Shown: one piece after another, positions 62,330 through 64,000 of the stretch | How the letters are laid out: every line of letters starts with the position of its first letter | Numbering within the stretch: the stretch's first letter is position 1 | Origin: Candidatus Uhrbacteria bacterium | GTDB lineage: Bacteria; Patescibacteriota; Patescibacteriia; UBA9934 | Assembly (NCBI GenBank): GCA_963822405.1 | Contig: CAWGHH010000001.1 | Span: 87,296 to 151,295 of the forward strand | DNA length: 64,000 nt | Direction: 5' to 3' | Position numbers and translations under genes: made by a program | Notes under the pieces: generated by a model | What the model saw: the letters and a program-made list of their open reading frames with translations, nothing else | What the model was told of the DNA's origin: nothing | The model's database searches: none

Positions 62330-62333
62330 GTGC

Positions 62334-62465
62334 CCTCCAATCGAGCAACGCGATCGCGCATGAGCTGCGCAGTGATCGGTCCTCATCTGATCACTCAAGG
62401 GAGAGAGTCCTTAAGTGATCGGATAAGGAGAGAGCTCAACCGCGCGTGTATGGCGGGAGCTCTCT
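62334..62465. repeat. structured cassette-boundary repeat, copy 2 (modules C-B plus an alternative hairpin)
   Basis: 63 bp (62334..62396) identical to 63844..63906. Confidence 0.9.
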
Positions 62466-62543
62466 ACTGAGTGCTAAGATTTCTGTTTCTACTTGGAACT
62501 TCACCGCGCGAATCTGAGAGCGCGGATAATGAACAACGAATCG

Positions 62544-63089
62544 CTACTTGCGGTAGCCACCAGCGAACCCGAGGGCCGGGTCGCCGTACAGATCGGTGAG
62601 TCCCTGGCTCGCCGCCCAACCGCCGAGGAATGCCTCGATCGGGGCGCGGCCGGGCGCCGTCCCATCTCCGGCTCCACCAAGAATGATCTTCCGGCGCGGG
62701 TCCTCGGGTGTTTCCGGGATTTCGGCCAGGTAGGCCACGCCAATGCGGTGGGCCGCCTCGGACAGTTCCGGGATGCTGTTACCCGGGACAACGGCGGGTA
62801 CGATGATGCACCGCCCGGCTCCGGTTGGGGTGGTGTGGTATCCGTCCTCACACGTGGCGCACCCGGCCGCCACGTGGTTTAGGCGCGCGCCAGTCCGCAG
62901 GTCGGCGACCTGGATGGGCGCCACCTCTCCATGGATGAATCCATGACTTTCGTCGTGGATTCCCTCCATGAACCAGTCAGGCCGCTCGCCCGACCGGTAA
63001 CCGTCGTTGCCCTCTCGCAGGGTGATCCGCGGAGCCGCCGCGATCGCGCAGACCGCGGTTATTATAAGGTGTTCCGTTTCTTCGGACAT
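62544..63089 (-). CDS. hypothetical protein (GC-rich, CxxC/His motifs)
   Basis: GGAGGT SD before the ATG at 63089. Confidence 0.6.
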   Translation of the reverse strand: MSEETEHLIITAVCAIAAAPRITLREGNDGYRSGERPDWFMEGIHDESHGFIHGEVAPIQVADLRTGARLNHVAAGCATCEDGYHTTPTGAGRCIIVPAVVPGNSIPELSEAAHRIGVAYLAEIPETPEDPRRKIILGGAGDGTAPGRAPIEAFLGGWAASQGLTDLYGDPALGFAGGYRK

Positions 63090-63299
63090 TTTACCTCCAA
63101 TGCGCCAAAGACGCGGGTTGTCGAAGCAGTTTCCGCTTCGACATAATCTGTCATTCATGATGAAAGATTGTGTCGAAGGGCGAGGAAGAGAGCGTGCGTT
63201 TGCTCCATCCTCCTCGCCATTACGAATGCAGTGTCAAAGAACAATCCACCATTTCTTTTTATGGAAGAAACGGTGACAAAGAAACCGACGCAGGCTATG

Positions 63300-63838
63300 T
63301 TAACGGAAAAGCTTTTCGAGTTCCTCCGTTTGATAGCGGGTGAGGGGCCCGATGATGGACATGGATACATCCATTCCCTCCACGTCCATTCCCTCGACCA
63401 CGTCCCAGAGAGTGATGAGCCCCCAGCAGACGGCCCCCTGCCCGTAGGTGAAGGGGGTGCCGGGTACGGCGATTTCTTCCATCATTCCTATTTTGCAGAG
63501 TGTGGGGAATACCACCACTCCATACAACGAGCTCAGGGAGAACCAGTCTCCCGTCCATCCTTCCTGGGCCTCGTCCGTGGCAACTAGGAGAGCCTCACGG
63601 CTCCCGTCCGGCCGGGTGTAGACCCAGAGGGCCACCCCCGCTCCGCAACCCCGGGGGCGGGTTTCATCCGTGATCCCGAGGTGGGCCAGATGGCCCGCTT
63701 TCCGGTTTCCGAGTAGTGCAGGATTTCCTCCCGCATTCCCAGGAGTAGGTGTGGAGCCACCTCTCGAATTTTTTCTTCGAGGTCATAGACCCAGAAGAGC
63801 TTCCCATCCAAATTTTTATTCAAGTAGACATGGGCCAT
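63300..63838 (-). CDS. hypothetical protein, probable frameshift between about 63640 and 63700
   Basis: ATG follows the module C SD; ORFs 63584..63871 and 63300..63635 overlap, and the second frame stays open upstream. Confidence 0.5.
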
Positions 63839-63843
63839 GGCGG

Positions 63844-64000
63844 CCTCCAATCGAGCAACGCGATCGCGCATGAGCTGCGCAGTGATCGGTCCTCATCTGA
63901 TCACTCCAACGAGAGAGTGTTGAAGTGATCGGATGAAGAGGACGACGGCTGTGCAAGCGCATCGTCCACGAGTCACTTTGCTTTTCAGGCGAAAGAAAGT
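63844..64000. repeat. structured cassette-boundary repeat, copy 3 (complete C-B-A-D, reaches the window edge)
   Basis: Contains all modules; stems covary relative to copies 1 and 2. Confidence 0.9.

Noticed and set aside
61912-64000. CRISPR array
   Set aside because: The repeats are long and modular and are separated by whole genes rather than 30-40 bp spacers; no cas genes are in the window.
61912-64000. Canonical integron attC sites
   Set aside because: No RYYYAAC...GTTRRRY core pairs at the hairpin ends and no intI in the window; retained only as an integron-like hypothesis.

Overview
Chromosomal window from a Patescibacteria (CPR; Parcubacteria-like, inferred) genome. The assignment rests on a stand-alone 23S-5S rRNA unit with a truncated L1 stalk, seven tandem TrbC/VirB2-like pilins, TrmB regulators and mostly SD-less core genes. 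Core content: an iron/redox cluster (VIT1, DipZ-like redoxin, IscS, ferredoxin, FAD reductase, PGI/PMI, two hemerythrins), galU, a solute-binding lipoprotein, flippase, O-antigen ligase, a SpoIID protein, ruvB, Nudix hydrolases, CapA, rlmH, EndoQ, four tRNAs and two or three toxin-antitoxin pairs. Between these lie many orphan ORFs, often GC-richer, that carry their own promoter, SD and hairpin. Three observations stand out. (1) At 61.9-64 kb, orphan genes are separated by a modular multi-hairpin repeat of about 160 bp with compensatory base changes; this looks like an integron-like cassette array with a non-canonical site, and it runs off the window edge. (2) A second cassette-like array lies behind the 5S rRNA, built on a repeated hairpin-promoter unit. 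(3) Two families of REP-like palindromes sit in frame inside protein linkers. About nine genes carry 1-bp frameshifts that are most likely assembly indel errors. All protein calls come from motif recognition by eye; no database search was run.
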